Source: Spirochaetia bacterium (lineage in GTDB: Bacteria > Spirochaetota > Spirochaetia > SZUA-6 > Bin103). From it: a stretch of 64,000 nt of DNA. Below are positions 37,963 to 48,817 of the stretch, piece after piece; within the stretch, counting starts at the first letter, position 1, and each line of letters opens with the position of its first letter. The notes below the pieces were generated by a model, which had not been told where the DNA came from, did not search any database, and saw only the letters and a program-made list of their open reading frames with translations. The translations under genes and the position numbers were made by a program. The stretch spans positions 1,920,001-1,984,000 of the forward strand of contig CBDATQ010000001.1 in NCBI GenBank assembly GCA_965199955.1, read 5' to 3'.

Positions 37963-39196
37963 ATGAGGACAGTTACATCACGCATCTTGAGAGTACATCG
38001 CGCATCTTTAGAGGTGCCGGACGCCTCGCCGCGACGGCGGCGCTGATCGTCGCGCTGGCCGCGGGGCTGACGACGCCGGTGGTGGCCGACGATGGCGAGA
38101 TCGTCTGGGGCGGGTCCGTACCGCTGACCGGAATCTATGCGCAGGCGGGCAACCTCGCCGTGATCGGCATCGATGCCTACATCGCCTACCTGAACGACAC
38201 GGGAGGCATCAACGGCCGGCCCGTGCGCATGAGAAACGCGACTCCGGCTCCGAGCCGGAGAATGCGCTCGCCATCTTCAAGCAGATCATGGCCGAGGAGG
38301 ATGATGTCGTGGCGTTCTACGGCGACTCCACCGAGTTCGCGATTCTGTCCACGCCGGAGGTCAACGAGCGCTACCAGGTGCTGATGATCGGCGCGTCGCT
38401 GGCCACCGTGCTCGCCGATCCGGTGCAGTACCCTTGCCAAGTCCTTACCGGACCCACGTACGCGGAGATGGTGGGAATCCTGCTGGAGTACATCGCCGAG
38501 CAGGGGGGCAAGGACGGTGCGGCGCCGCGCGTCGCCCTGTTCCACTCCAATCTGGAGTTCGGCCGCGACCCGATCCCGGCCGCCAGGGAGCGCGCGGCTG
38601 AGCTCGGCGTCGAGATCGTGGCCGAGATCGAGACCGAGCCCGCCGGCATCGACGTGGCGCCCGAGGTCCTGAAGCTGCGCCGGGCAGAGCCGGACTACGT
38701 CATCTTTCACGGCTACGTGACCACGGTGTGGCCGGAGGTGATGAAGCAGGCGGTCCAGTCGGGCGTGGACGCGATGTTCATGGGCACGTTCTGGGCGATG
38801 GAGCCGCTGGTGATCCAGCAGCTCGGACCGCTTGCCGACCGGTACATGGGCGTGTTCCCGTACCGGTACTACTGGGATCAGGAAGAGTCCGCGACGCTGC
38901 GGCTGATCGCGCAAGTGACGCAGCAGGAGTACGTGCCGACCTTCGCCCTGCAGGGCTGGTTCTCGGGCATGATCCTGACGGAGGCGATCAAGCGCACGCT
39001 GGACGCCGGCAAGGAGCTCACCGGCGGCAACCTCAAGGAGGCGATCGACGGGATACAGGACTGGGACACCGGCGGCCTGATCGGCGTGCCGGTGACGTTC
39101 AGGAACAACTCGATACCGGTCGGGCGCATCTACCAGGGCAATTCGGCGACCGGGCGCATGGATCCGGTGTCGGACTGGATCGTGCTCGACGAATAG
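37963..39196 (+). pseudogene. Liv-type ABC substrate-binding protein, interrupted by two frameshifts
   Basis: ATG 37963 after GGAGGAG; a 20-nt tandem duplication breaks the signal-peptide frame; PLTGIYA..GGINGRPV and DSGSEPEN.. are in different frames near 38240. Confidence 0.8.
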
Positions 39197-39204
39197 GTCG
39201 TGCT

Positions 39205-39974
<770 letters not shown>

Positions 39975-39999
<25 letters not shown>

Positions 40000-41300
40000 C
40001 GAAACCGGGTACGGAGCCGTTCGATGCCTTCCTCCAGCGTCTGGAGCGATCGGCAGAAGGCGAATCGCAGATAGCGCTCTCCCTCCCGTCCGGTGGCGTA
40101 GAAGTTGTCGCCCGGAACCGTCGCCACTCCCGCCTGCTCGATGAGGTACATGGCGGCCTGCGTCGGCGACATCGCCGCCAGCGCCGGCACGCCGCGGTAG
40201 TCCGCGAACAGGTAGTACGCGCCCTCCGGCGGGGTCGCCGCGAACCCGATCTCGCGCAGGCCGCCGACCAGCAGGTCCCGTTTCTCGCGATAGCCCGCAG
40301 CGATCCCGGCGAAGAAGGACCGGGGCTGGCGCAGAAGCGTGACCGCCCCCTTCTGCAACGGCGTCGGCGCCTGCACCACGAGGTTGTCGTGGACGGCGCG
40401 CAACGCCGGCGTGCGATCCGGCGGCGTGATCACCCAGCCGACCCGCCACCCGGTGGCGCGGCCGGTCTTCGAGATCGCGTTCACCACCAGCGTGCGGTCC
40501 GCCATCCCCTCGAAGCGCGCCAGGCAGCGGTGGCGATGGCCGTCGAACGTGATGTGCTCGTAGATCTCGTCGGTGATCGCGAACCGGTCGTGTGTCCGGC
40601 AGAGCTCCGCGATGAGTCCCAGGTCCTCGGAGTCCAGCACCGTGCCGGTCGGGTTCTGGGGGGTGTTCACGACCATCGCCTTGACCGAGGGATGGGTGAG
40701 GGCGGCGCGCAGCTCGTCTCGATCCAGCCGCCACGTGCCGGCGCGGCGATCCTCGCGCAGGGTCACGAAGCGGGGCACGAGCCCGAAGATCGCCGCCTGC
40801 GACGGGTACAGCTCGTGATAGGGCTGCATCACCACCACGCCGTCGCCGGGGGCGAGCAGCGAGCGGAACGCGGCGGCCATGCCCTCGCTGGCCCCCAGCA
40901 CCACCGTGATCTGCTCCTCGGGGTCGGGCCGGTAGCCGTGGCACGCCAGCGTGTAGTCGGCGATCGCGTGCCGCAACTCCGGGAGTCCGAACGGATAGGA
41001 GTACTGATTGAGCTCGTCACGTGAGCCGCGCAGCCTCTCGAACAGCTCTTTCACGGGGCGATCGAGCGAATCGGCATCCGCGTTCCCTGTCTTCTGCAAG
41101 AGCTCCCGCGCGGTCAGCGCCTCGACGCGGCGCGCTCCCTCTTCCGTGCCGCCGAGCAGAGCCGCGACGCCGCTCCATACCATGTCGTAGATCGGCGTTT
41201 CGTCGGTGAACCCCTGCGCCAGGTTCACGGCGCCGTGGGCTGCCGCGAGGCGGGTCATGCGGCGGATAACCGTCTCCCTGATCTGTGCCGGCTGCTCCAC
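39975..41300 (-). CDS. PLP-dependent class I/II aminotransferase (YbdL/kynurenine aminotransferase-like)
   Basis: AVNLAQGF, NTPQNPTG, TDEIYE, SKTGRATGWRVG and LRFAFC. Confidence 0.92.
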
Positions 41301-41397
41301 GACAAGCAACCTACCATGCCGCAAATCGTGGCGGCAATCGCGCGAGAGCTTGACGGGACGCGATCCGTGGCCCTGAATGGGGTGGGCGGCGACGGTC

Positions 41398-42060
41398 ATG
41401 CACAGCAGCTTTCTCCGGGGATCCGACTTCCGGATCACGCTCCAGCGGGAGGAGGTGCCTCACGACCGCTTCTTCCGCGGCCTCAGCGCGACCGATCGCG
41501 TGGGCGTGTTCGCTCCCGGAGGCCTCGACGGGCTGGGCGCCAGCCTGCTATTGCTGGCACACACGACCGCGTTCTACGACCGCTATCGAGAATCCGGCGA
41601 CGAGTTCTTCGCCTATCCCGACTACTTCACGTTCCAGCGCCGAACCCCGGCCGCTTCCTACTCCATGCTCGACGTCTGGCCCGGCCACAAGAACGTGCCC
41701 GTCGGCGACGATGCCGGAGCGACGCTCGACGCGATCCTGGACCGGGCGATCAACGTCCTGCTGGTTCCTGCCGGGACACCCGGGACCACCGAGCGGACAC
41801 CGGTGCAGATGGCCAGCGCGCGGCGCAACATCCGGAGGTGTTATGCGTACTCGGAGACCGGTTCGGCGGAACATCCCACGCTCGCGGTCGCCTGCACGCG
41901 CGACGAGCCGGCAGAGTGGGCCCGCACGGTCGTCGAGTCGCTGCCGGACGACGGCTCCGGCGTCCGCAGCCACTGGCAGCGCGTGGTCGACGGCGGCTCG
42001 ATTCCGCAGCAGTCGTTCAGCGAGGTTCCGCTGGAACAGGCGCTCGCCCTCATCCGCTGA
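41398..42060 (+). CDS. Hypothetical protein
   Basis: Clean high-GC3 ORF with protein-like composition (TAFYD..FFAYPDYF..LDVWPGHK), upstream of the enolase gene. Confidence 0.7.
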   Translation: MHSSFLRGSDFRITLQREEVPHDRFFRGLSATDRVGVFAPGGLDGLGASLLLLAHTTAFYDRYRESGDEFFAYPDYFTFQRRTPAASYSMLDVWPGHKNVPVGDDAGATLDAILDRAINVLLVPAGTPGTTERTPVQMASARRNIRRCYAYSETGSAEHPTLAVACTRDEPAEWARTVVESLPDDGSGVRSHWQRVVDGGSIPQQSFSEVPLEQALALIR

Positions 42061-42103
42061 TGACCGGGGGGCGCCGCGCCATCCGAACAAGAGGAGGACG
42101 GCC

Positions 42104-43255
42104 ATGCGCATAGAGCGAATCCGTACCGTGACCGTGGGCAAGGGCGCCGACGTCATGGTGCGGAGCAACTACGTGTTCGTGGTGGTGGAGACCGACACCG
42201 GACTGCGAGGCCTGGGCGAGGGGTTCCACAGCCTGGACGAGCCGATCGCCGCGTGCGTGGGCAAGTTCGCCCGGTCGCTGCTCGGCGAGGATCCGGCCGC
42301 GGTGACCCGTAACTGGCAGCGCGTCTACCGCGGCCTGCGCTATCCGCTCGGCACCGCAGAGCTGTCGGCGCTGAGCGCCATCGAGCACGCATTGTGGGAC
42401 ATCGCCGGCAAGCGGCTGGGGGCGCCCGTGTACCGCCTGCTGGGGGGGCCGACCCGCGACCGGGTACGCCTGTACTCCGGACTGAAGGGGGACGATCCCG
42501 ATCCGGCTGTCGCCGCGGGCGCGGTGGTGGCGCGCGGGTTCGGGGCGCTCAAGTTCAGCCCGCAGCCGCCGGACTACGGCACCATGGGCGAGACGGAGGT
42601 GATCCGCGGCTCGGTCGCGCGCGTGCGCGCCGTGCGGGAGCGGGTCGGGCCGGATGTCGACATCTGCCTGGACTACCACGGCCGCAGCTTCAGTCCGGTG
42701 GAGGCGGTCAAGCTGGCCGGCGAGCTCGCCCCGCTCGGCATCTACTTCCTGGAAGAGCCGGCGCTGTCGGAGAGCCCGCGGTCGCTGCTGGAAGCCAAGG
42801 AGAAGACCACGATCCCGATCGCTGCCGGTGAGCGGGCGGTGACGCGGTCGAACATGCGCGACCTGATCGAGCTGCGCGCCGTGCACATCATCCAGCCGGA
42901 GCCGACCGCCAACGGCGGCATCCTGGAGACCTTCAAGCTGGCCGCCATGGCGGAGGCCGCTCACATCACGGTCGCGCCGCACCAGGCGTGCAGCCCGGTG
43001 TCGCTGCTGGTGAACGCGCACGTCGACGCCGCCATCCCCAACTTCCTGATCCAGGAGTGCAACTGCTTCCCCTACGACGAGGTGGCGCGCAGCCTCCTGG
43101 GGCCGCTGCCGGTGATCCGCGACGGCTTCCTGGAGCTTCCGGAAGCGCCCGGCATCGGCATCGAACTGGACGAGGAGGCAGCAGCCGAGTTTCCCCCGCG
43201 CCCGTACGACCGGCCGATCATCGTGCAGGGAGACGGCTCCATCGGGTTGGAGTGA
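42104..43255 (+). CDS. D-galactonate dehydratase-like enolase superfamily enzyme
   Basis: SAIEHALWDIAGK..PVYRLLGG, LDYHGR, FLEEP, IAAGER, APH and IQE; GAGGAGG RBS. Confidence 0.9.
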   Translation: MRIERIRTVTVGKGADVMVRSNYVFVVVETDTGLRGLGEGFHSLDEPIAACVGKFARSLLGEDPAAVTRNWQRVYRGLRYPLGTAELSALSAIEHALWDIAGKRLGAPVYRLLGGPTRDRVRLYSGLKGDDPDPAVAAGAVVARGFGALKFSPQPPDYGTMGETEVIRGSVARVRAVRERVGPDVDICLDYHGRSFSPVEAVKLAGELAPLGIYFLEEPALSESPRSLLEAKEKTTIPIAAGERAVTRSNMRDLIELRAVHIIQPEPTANGGILETFKLAAMAEAAHITVAPHQACSPVSLLVNAHVDAAIPNFLIQECNCFPYDEVARSLLGPLPVIRDGFLELPEAPGIGIELDEEAAAEFPPRPYDRPIIVQGDGSIGLE

Positions 43256-43886
43256 CCGTGGACACAGCGAGTCACGGCTGGCCGGCCGCCCCGGTCCCGG
43301 TCAATCGCAGCGAGGCGGTGATCGAGGCGTTCTGGGACGAGACCTTCGCCGCCGACCGGCGCTGGCCGATGTCCCCGCATGGCGCGGACGGCCCGTATTG
43401 GCGCAGCCACCATGGCCACGGCAACGAGCTGTGCTGGTCGGGGACCGGCAGCATCGAGCTGAATCGCTCGTACGAGTTGTCTGTCCGGGGTTGCTCGCGG
43501 TTGAGCCTGGCGATCCGGCTGGATGCCGACACTCGCGGGCATGATGGATCAGACGCGGGCCGACGGCACCTAAGTGGAGGGCAACACCTACGGGCTCGGC
43601 ACGCTGGGGTCGGCGTTCGCCAGCTACCATGCGGCGGCTGCTGCTGATCCGGCCGGACCTGCTGGTCGTCGTCGACACGGCCGTGTTCGGCGCGGCGGGG
43701 CCGGCGGTGGTGAGCTGGCACAGCCTGACGCCGTGGCGCGTGGACGGCCGGAGTTGCGCCGCGCGCAGCGCCGCCGTCGCGGCCGCCCTGGGTGGCACCA
43801 GGCTGGCGACAGCGGCCGGGCGGGCAGAGGGCTCCGGCCTGATGACGCTGCCGGCGGGACGCCGGCACGGAGGAGGACGATCGTGA
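43252..43886 (+). pseudogene. Collapsed paralog of the downstream heparinase II/III-like gene
   Basis: Three short segments in three frames (PVNRSEAVIEAFWD; EGNTYGLGTLGSA; RRLLLIRPDLLVVVD..SWHSLTPW) echo the N-terminus, middle and C-terminus of 43883..46180. Confidence 0.55.
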
Positions 43887-46180
43887 GTCGACGGCTATAT
43901 CCGATCCGGCACAGCGAGGGGGAGGCGATCCTGGTCCGTATGTTCGATCCCCGGCGGCATCCGTTGAGTGACTGGTCGATCGACGGCGCCGATTCCGGCG
44001 AGCTCAAGGAGACCTTCCATTCGATCCAGTGCACGTGGCCGGGCGGCCGCCCGCTGGCCATGGTCCTGCGCCGGCAGGTCGACATCGACGTGGACGGCTA
44101 CGACCTGCTGGTGCTCTGCGTGCAGTCCATGCGGTCGACGGCGATCACCATACGGGCGACCGTCGACGGCTCGCCCCGCGTGATCGTGGATGGGGCAGCG
44201 GGCATCGACGCCGGCCAGGAACTGGAGGGGCGGATCGGAGGGCGACACATCTCCGCGCTGGAGATCGAGCTCGACGATCCCGGGGAGCTGCCGGGCGTGG
44301 CCGACCTGTTCTGGCTCGGCGTCACCGACAGCGCCGCGCGCGACGCCCGCCGCGCGCGCGTCCTGCCGTATCCCGACGACTGGCACGACCTGGTGCTGCC
44401 CAACGCTGTGGAGTCGGCCGCCGCCGACCCGCAGCTCGGCCTGTTCTTCGACGCCGCCGACCTGAAACGTCTGCGTGCGCGCGTCCGGGGGCCCACCTGG
44501 GGACCGGTATACGCCCGGCTGCGCGACGTGGCCCGCTCGTTCCGCGGCAGCGAGCCGTGGCGCGGCATCGGCCAGACCATCAACAACTTCCCGGTGCGCA
44601 ACGGCCATCGCGGCGACGGGCTCAACACGCCCCACCACTGGATCGACATCGCGGCGATGCGCATCTGCGCCTTCGTGGGCCTGCTGGACGGCGATCGGGA
44701 GCTGATGCGGATCGCGCTGCACCACGCCCTGGCTGCCGCGCACTGCGACGTCTGGACGCCGGGCTTCATGAGCGGCATGCCCGGATCGAGCTGGGAGACG
44801 CGCTGCTTCAGCGAGTACCGGGTCGCGATCAACTGCATCTTCGCCTGGGACTGGGCCGGATCGCTGCTGACGGACTCCGGCAAGGAGCTGCTGGCGCAGG
44901 CGGTGTCGATCAAGGCGATGCCGTGGATCCAGCAGACGCTGATGCGCTATCCGTACGTGCGCGGCAACAACCAGGGGATCTTCTTTGCGTTCGGCGGCAT
45001 CGTGGTGAGCGTGGCACTCGCCCGGCACTGGCCGTACGGCGGTGACTTCCTGGAGCCGTTCCGTGACGCGCTGGACCAGACCGTGCGCGCCTACTACGCG
45101 GCCGACGGCGGCACGTACGAGGGCATCGGCTACGCGACCGGATCACTGCAGCAGGCGCTGGCCGGGTATGCGGTCTACGCCCGTCACCGCGGCGTGCCGG
45201 TGGAGGAAATCGTTCCCGACGTCGCGGTCCGCTCCGTGGACTACATCACCGCCATGCTCAGCACCGAGCCGCCGGTGGGCGCGGTCATCAAGCGCTCCGA
45301 CGGCGGCCGGGCCGGCGTGTGCGTGGCCTCCGGATCGCTGGGGCTGCTGTGCCGGCTGTCGGACGATCCGGCCGTGCCGGCACTGCTGGCCGGCGTCAAG
45401 GAGGAGTTGCCTCGCGCCAACTACGCCCCGGAGCATGAGCTCAACATCATCTACGGACCGGACGAGCTGCCGGCGGCAGCAGCGTGCCCGCCGGTGTTCA
45501 ACAACCTGGCCGTCACCGGCCTGCTGTGCTCGAACCGGCCGACCCCGGACGGACCGGTGCGGGTGCAGGTCATCGGCGGCCCGGCCGGCGCCGGCCACGG
45601 CCACGACGACCGCGGCAGCTTCGTGCTGGAGGCGTTCGGCGACGAGCTGGCGGTCGACCGCGGCCAGATGCCGTACGTCGATCCTCGCTCGGCCACCATC
45701 AAGCACGCGCGCTACCACAACCTGGCGGTCCCGCACGCGGCCGACGGCATGCCGCTACGGCAGCTCAATCCGTGCCCGGTCGCCACCGTCGCCGAGGGTG
45801 AGGGCGACGAGCGGCGCCTGCATTGCCGGGTCGATCTGAACGGAGTCTGGCCCGATCCGGTCACCGGAGCCGAACGACTGCTCGACTCTGACGACCCGCG
45901 GCGTCTCGCGGTCACCGACCGGCTGCTGCTGGAACGCCCGCTGCCGGTCGGCTTTTCCCTGCACAGCCGCTACCCGTGGGAGCGGTGCGGGCGCGGCTGG
46001 GTCACCGCGGGCCCGCATGGCCGCCTCACGGTCACGACGCGCTGGCGGCCACAGACGGAGGAGGGCGGGGAGGACTTCGTCATGGGCACCAAGGAGCCGG
46101 CCTACCGCCTGTTGCTGTTGACCGAAGCGGCGGTGGAGCACACGCTCGTCACCGACCTGGAGGTGGAGCCATGCGCGTAG
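43883..46180 (+). CDS. Heparinase II/III-like (oligo-uronide lyase-like) protein
   Basis: NNQ, DGGTYEGIGY, GHGHDDRGSFVL..DRG..Y and YHNL motifs; GTG after GGAGGAGG. Confidence 0.75.
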   Translation: MSRRLYPIRHSEGEAILVRMFDPRRHPLSDWSIDGADSGELKETFHSIQCTWPGGRPLAMVLRRQVDIDVDGYDLLVLCVQSMRSTAITIRATVDGSPRVIVDGAAGIDAGQELEGRIGGRHISALEIELDDPGELPGVADLFWLGVTDSAARDARRARVLPYPDDWHDLVLPNAVESAAADPQLGLFFDAADLKRLRARVRGPTWGPVYARLRDVARSFRGSEPWRGIGQTINNFPVRNGHRGDGLNTPHHWIDIAAMRICAFVGLLDGDRELMRIALHHALAAAHCDVWTPGFMSGMPGSSWETRCFSEYRVAINCIFAWDWAGSLLTDSGKELLAQAVSIKAMPWIQQTLMRYPYVRGNNQGIFFAFGGIVVSVALARHWPYGGDFLEPFRDALDQTVRAYYAADGGTYEGIGYATGSLQQALAGYAVYARHRGVPVEEIVPDVAVRSVDYITAMLSTEPPVGAVIKRSDGGRAGVCVASGSLGLLCRLSDDPAVPALLAGVKEELPRANYAPEHELNIIYGPDELPAAAACPPVFNNLAVTGLLCSNRPTPDGPVRVQVIGGPAGAGHGHDDRGSFVLEAFGDELAVDRGQMPYVDPRSATIKHARYHNLAVPHAADGMPLRQLNPCPVATVAEGEGDERRLHCRVDLNGVWPDPVTGAERLLDSDDPRRLAVTDRLLLERPLPVGFSLHSRYPWERCGRGWVTAGPHGRLTVTTRWRPQTEEGGEDFVMGTKEPAYRLLLLTEAAVEHTLVTDLEVEPCA

Positions 46181-47175
46181 GCGTATTCGCCAAGGACACC
46201 AGCGACGACGGCCTGCGGTTCCTGAAGCAGATCGGCGTCGACGACGTCGACCTGCGGCTGGAGTACCTGGAGGAGTACCGCGCCTCCGGGTCGCTGACGG
46301 CCGCCTCGGCGCGGAGCGTGGTCGAGCGGTACGCCGGATTCGGCCTGCGGATCAACGTCGCCAACGCCGCGATCGAGCACCTCTGGGACGCCTACTACGG
46401 CCGCCCTGGAGCCGACCGCCAGATCGGCCGGCTCTGCGAGCTGATCCGTAACGTCGGCGAGGCGGGCATCCCGCTGGTGGGCATCAAGCCCAACAACGCC
46501 CAGTACCTGCCGCCGGCGGGGCCTCCCGGACACACCGTGGCGCGCGGGCGCGGCGGCTACGGCCGGCCCGGCATCAACTTCGCCGACGCCGACCGAGTGA
46601 TGGACGCACCGCTCGGCGCCGTCGAGTCGGAGCGGATCTGGGACGGCTACCGCCGCGTCTACGAAGCGGCGCTTCCGGTGGCGGAGGAGGCGGGGGTCCG
46701 CCTCTGCCAGCACGGCAACGATCCGCCGATCCCGGTGTACCGCGGCATCCCGCACGTGCTGAACAGCTTCGCGGCCTTCGATCGGCTGTTCGGAGAGTTC
46801 CCGAGCCCGAACAACGGCATGACCTACTGCGTGGGCACGCGCTACGAGTCAGGCGAGGACGTGCTGGCCGGCATCGCCCACTTCGGCTCCGAACGGATCT
46901 TCAACGTCCACTTCCGCAATGTGATCGGTCCGATCCCGGCGCGCGGCGAGTACCTGGAGACCTTCCTGGACGACGGCGACATGGACATGGGGGCGGTCGT
47001 CGCCGCGCTGGAGGCAGCCGGCTACGACGGAGTGCTCAACATCGACCACATCCCGATCCTGGACATCGAGCAGGAGTGGGACAAGAAGCTGGCGACCGCC
47101 TGGGCGGTGGCCTACGCTAAGGCGCTGGTGACCGCCGCGGATCCCCGCGGCCGAGAGGAAAGCCGTGCGGTTTGA
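46171..47175 (+). CDS. Mannonate dehydratase (UxuA) family protein
   Basis: LPVAEEAGVRLCQHGNDPP, SPNNGMTYCVG, VHFRNV, ETFLDDGDMDM and DHIP. Confidence 0.85.
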   Translation: MRVGVFAKDTSDDGLRFLKQIGVDDVDLRLEYLEEYRASGSLTAASARSVVERYAGFGLRINVANAAIEHLWDAYYGRPGADRQIGRLCELIRNVGEAGIPLVGIKPNNAQYLPPAGPPGHTVARGRGGYGRPGINFADADRVMDAPLGAVESERIWDGYRRVYEAALPVAEEAGVRLCQHGNDPPIPVYRGIPHVLNSFAAFDRLFGEFPSPNNGMTYCVGTRYESGEDVLAGIAHFGSERIFNVHFRNVIGPIPARGEYLETFLDDGDMDMGAVVAALEAAGYDGVLNIDHIPILDIEQEWDKKLATAWAVAYAKALVTAADPRGREESRAV

Positions 47176-47211
47176 CCTCCCCTGCCGCGCTGCCTACCGT
47201 ATCGCGTAGCC

Positions 47212-47607
47212 ATGGGAGCCACCTATGTCGACGTGACGATCCGCAACCCGGCCGCCCCGGCGAAGAGCTGGACCGGGCGGTTCCTGGTCGACGCGGGTGC
47301 ATTCGACTCGCTGGTGCCGCGCCAGCATCTGCAGGCGATCGGCCTGGCACCGGTGTCCCACGATCAGTATGTGCTGGCGGACGGCAGCTCGATCACGATG
47401 GACACCGCGGTCGGACAGCTCGAGTTCGAGGGCAAGATCGTCGGCGGTACCATCGTCTTCGGCGACACGCACGCCGAACCGCTGCTGGGAGTGACTGCAT
47501 TGGAGTCCGGCGGGTTCGAAGTGGACCCGCGCTCGCAGCAGTTGAAGCGACTGCCGGCGATTCTCCTGAAGGGCCTGCGACGACCGGCTCACCCGTCCAT
47601 GAGGTAG
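47212..47607 (+). CDS. Clan AA aspartic protease family protein
   Basis: FLVDAGA (DTG variant), LADG, EPLLGVTALES.G.EVDP. Confidence 0.85.
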   Translation: MGATYVDVTIRNPAAPAKSWTGRFLVDAGAFDSLVPRQHLQAIGLAPVSHDQYVLADGSSITMDTAVGQLEFEGKIVGGTIVFGDTHAEPLLGVTALESGGFEVDPRSQQLKRLPAILLKGLRRPAHPSMR

Positions 47608-48797
47608 TCGCGGTCGATCTGGTCTACGGCCGTGCAGCCGAGCAGGGTCATCGTGCGCCGCACCTCCTCGGTCAGCAGCTCGATGGCGTAGTCGACGCCA
47701 GCCTCGCCGCCGGCGCCCAGGCCGTACAGATAGAAGCGCCCGGCCATGCAGGCGTCGGCGCCCAGGGCGATCGCCTTGACGATGTCGCCGCCGCGGCGCA
47801 CGCCGCCGTCGCAGATCACGGCCGTCCTGCCGGCCACCGCGTCCACGACCGGTGGCACCAGGTCGACCGGCGCGGGCGCCCCTTCGAGCTGGCGCCCGCC
47901 GTGGTTGGACAGCACGATCGCCTCGCAGCCGCGCTCGGCGGCGAGCAGGGCATCGGCCACGGTCTGGATCCCCTTGACCACCAGAGGTCCGTCCCAGATC
48001 GAGCGCAACCAGTCGATGTCGCGCAAGTTCACGGTGGGATCGAACTGGTGCTTGATGTATTCGGCCAGCGCCACCGCCGTGGAACCGTCGGCCGACGCCC
48101 GGCCATGGAAGTTGGCGAAGGTGATCGGATCGGAGCGGACGAAGTCCCAGGTCCAGCCCGGCCGCCGCAGGCCGTCGAGCAGCGTGGAGAGCTCAAGCTG
48201 CGGCGGCAGCGTGAAACCGTGCCGGACGTCGCGCTCGCGGCTTCCGGAAGCGGCGATGTCCACCGTCGGCATCAGTACGGCGTAGCCGGCGGCGGCGGCG
48301 CGCTGCACGAGCTCGCGCACCAGGCCGCGGTCGCGCTGCATGTAGAGCTGAAACCAGAGCGGCCCGGTGCTGACCGCCGCTACCTCTTCGATGGAGCGGG
48401 TGCTCACCGTGGACAAGCTGTAGGGCAGACCGGCGCGGCCGGCTGCGCGCGCCACGGCCAGCTCGCCCCGCGGGTCGGCGATGCGGGTGAACCCGGTGGG
48501 GGCCAGCACCAGCGGGATGGACAGCGACTGCCCCAACAGGGTGGTGGTGGTGTCGACGACCGACATGTCGCGGAGGACCCGCGGCGCGAAGCGCCGGCGG
48601 CGGTAGGCCAGCGTGTTGGCGCGCAGCGTCATCTCGTCCTCCGCGCCGCCGTCAAGGTAGCCGAACACGCCGCGGGGCAGGCGGCGCCGCGCCAGCAGGC
48701 GCAGGTCCGCGATGTTCACCGCCCGCGCGCGCAATCGCTCGCCGCGGGTGCGTCCGCGGCGGCGGAAGCGCATGACCGAGCGCAGGGTCTTCAGCAT
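47589..48797 (-). CDS. FMN-dependent alpha-hydroxy acid dehydrogenase (LldD-like)
   Basis: YLDGGAEDE, APTG, WFQLY, KGI, SNHGGRQL, DGGVRRG and GRFYLYGL. Confidence 0.93.
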   Translation of the reverse strand: MLKTLRSVMRFRRRGRTRGERLRARAVNIADLRLLARRRLPRGVFGYLDGGAEDEMTLRANTLAYRRRRFAPRVLRDMSVVDTTTTLLGQSLSIPLVLAPTGFTRIADPRGELAVARAAGRAGLPYSLSTVSTRSIEEVAAVSTGPLWFQLYMQRDRGLVRELVQRAAAAGYAVLMPTVDIAASGSRERDVRHGFTLPPQLELSTLLDGLRRPGWTWDFVRSDPITFANFHGRASADGSTAVALAEYIKHQFDPTVNLRDIDWLRSIWDGPLVVKGIQTVADALLAAERGCEAIVLSNHGGRQLEGAPAPVDLVPPVVDAVAGRTAVICDGGVRRGGDIVKAIALGADACMAGRFYLYGLGAGGEAGVDYAIELLTEEVRRTMTLLGCTAVDQIDRDYLMDG

Positions 48798-48817
48798 GCC
48801 GTCGCGATGGTGAGGCG

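Noticed and set aside
43574..43882. N-terminal extension of the 868-aa ORF
   Set aside because: A strong RBS and GTG lie at 43883; the upstream part belongs to the collapsed paralog.
47589..47607. Convergent 19-nt overlap between the aspartic protease and the hydroxy-acid dehydrogenase
   Set aside because: Short tail-to-tail overlaps are ordinary in compact high-GC genomes.
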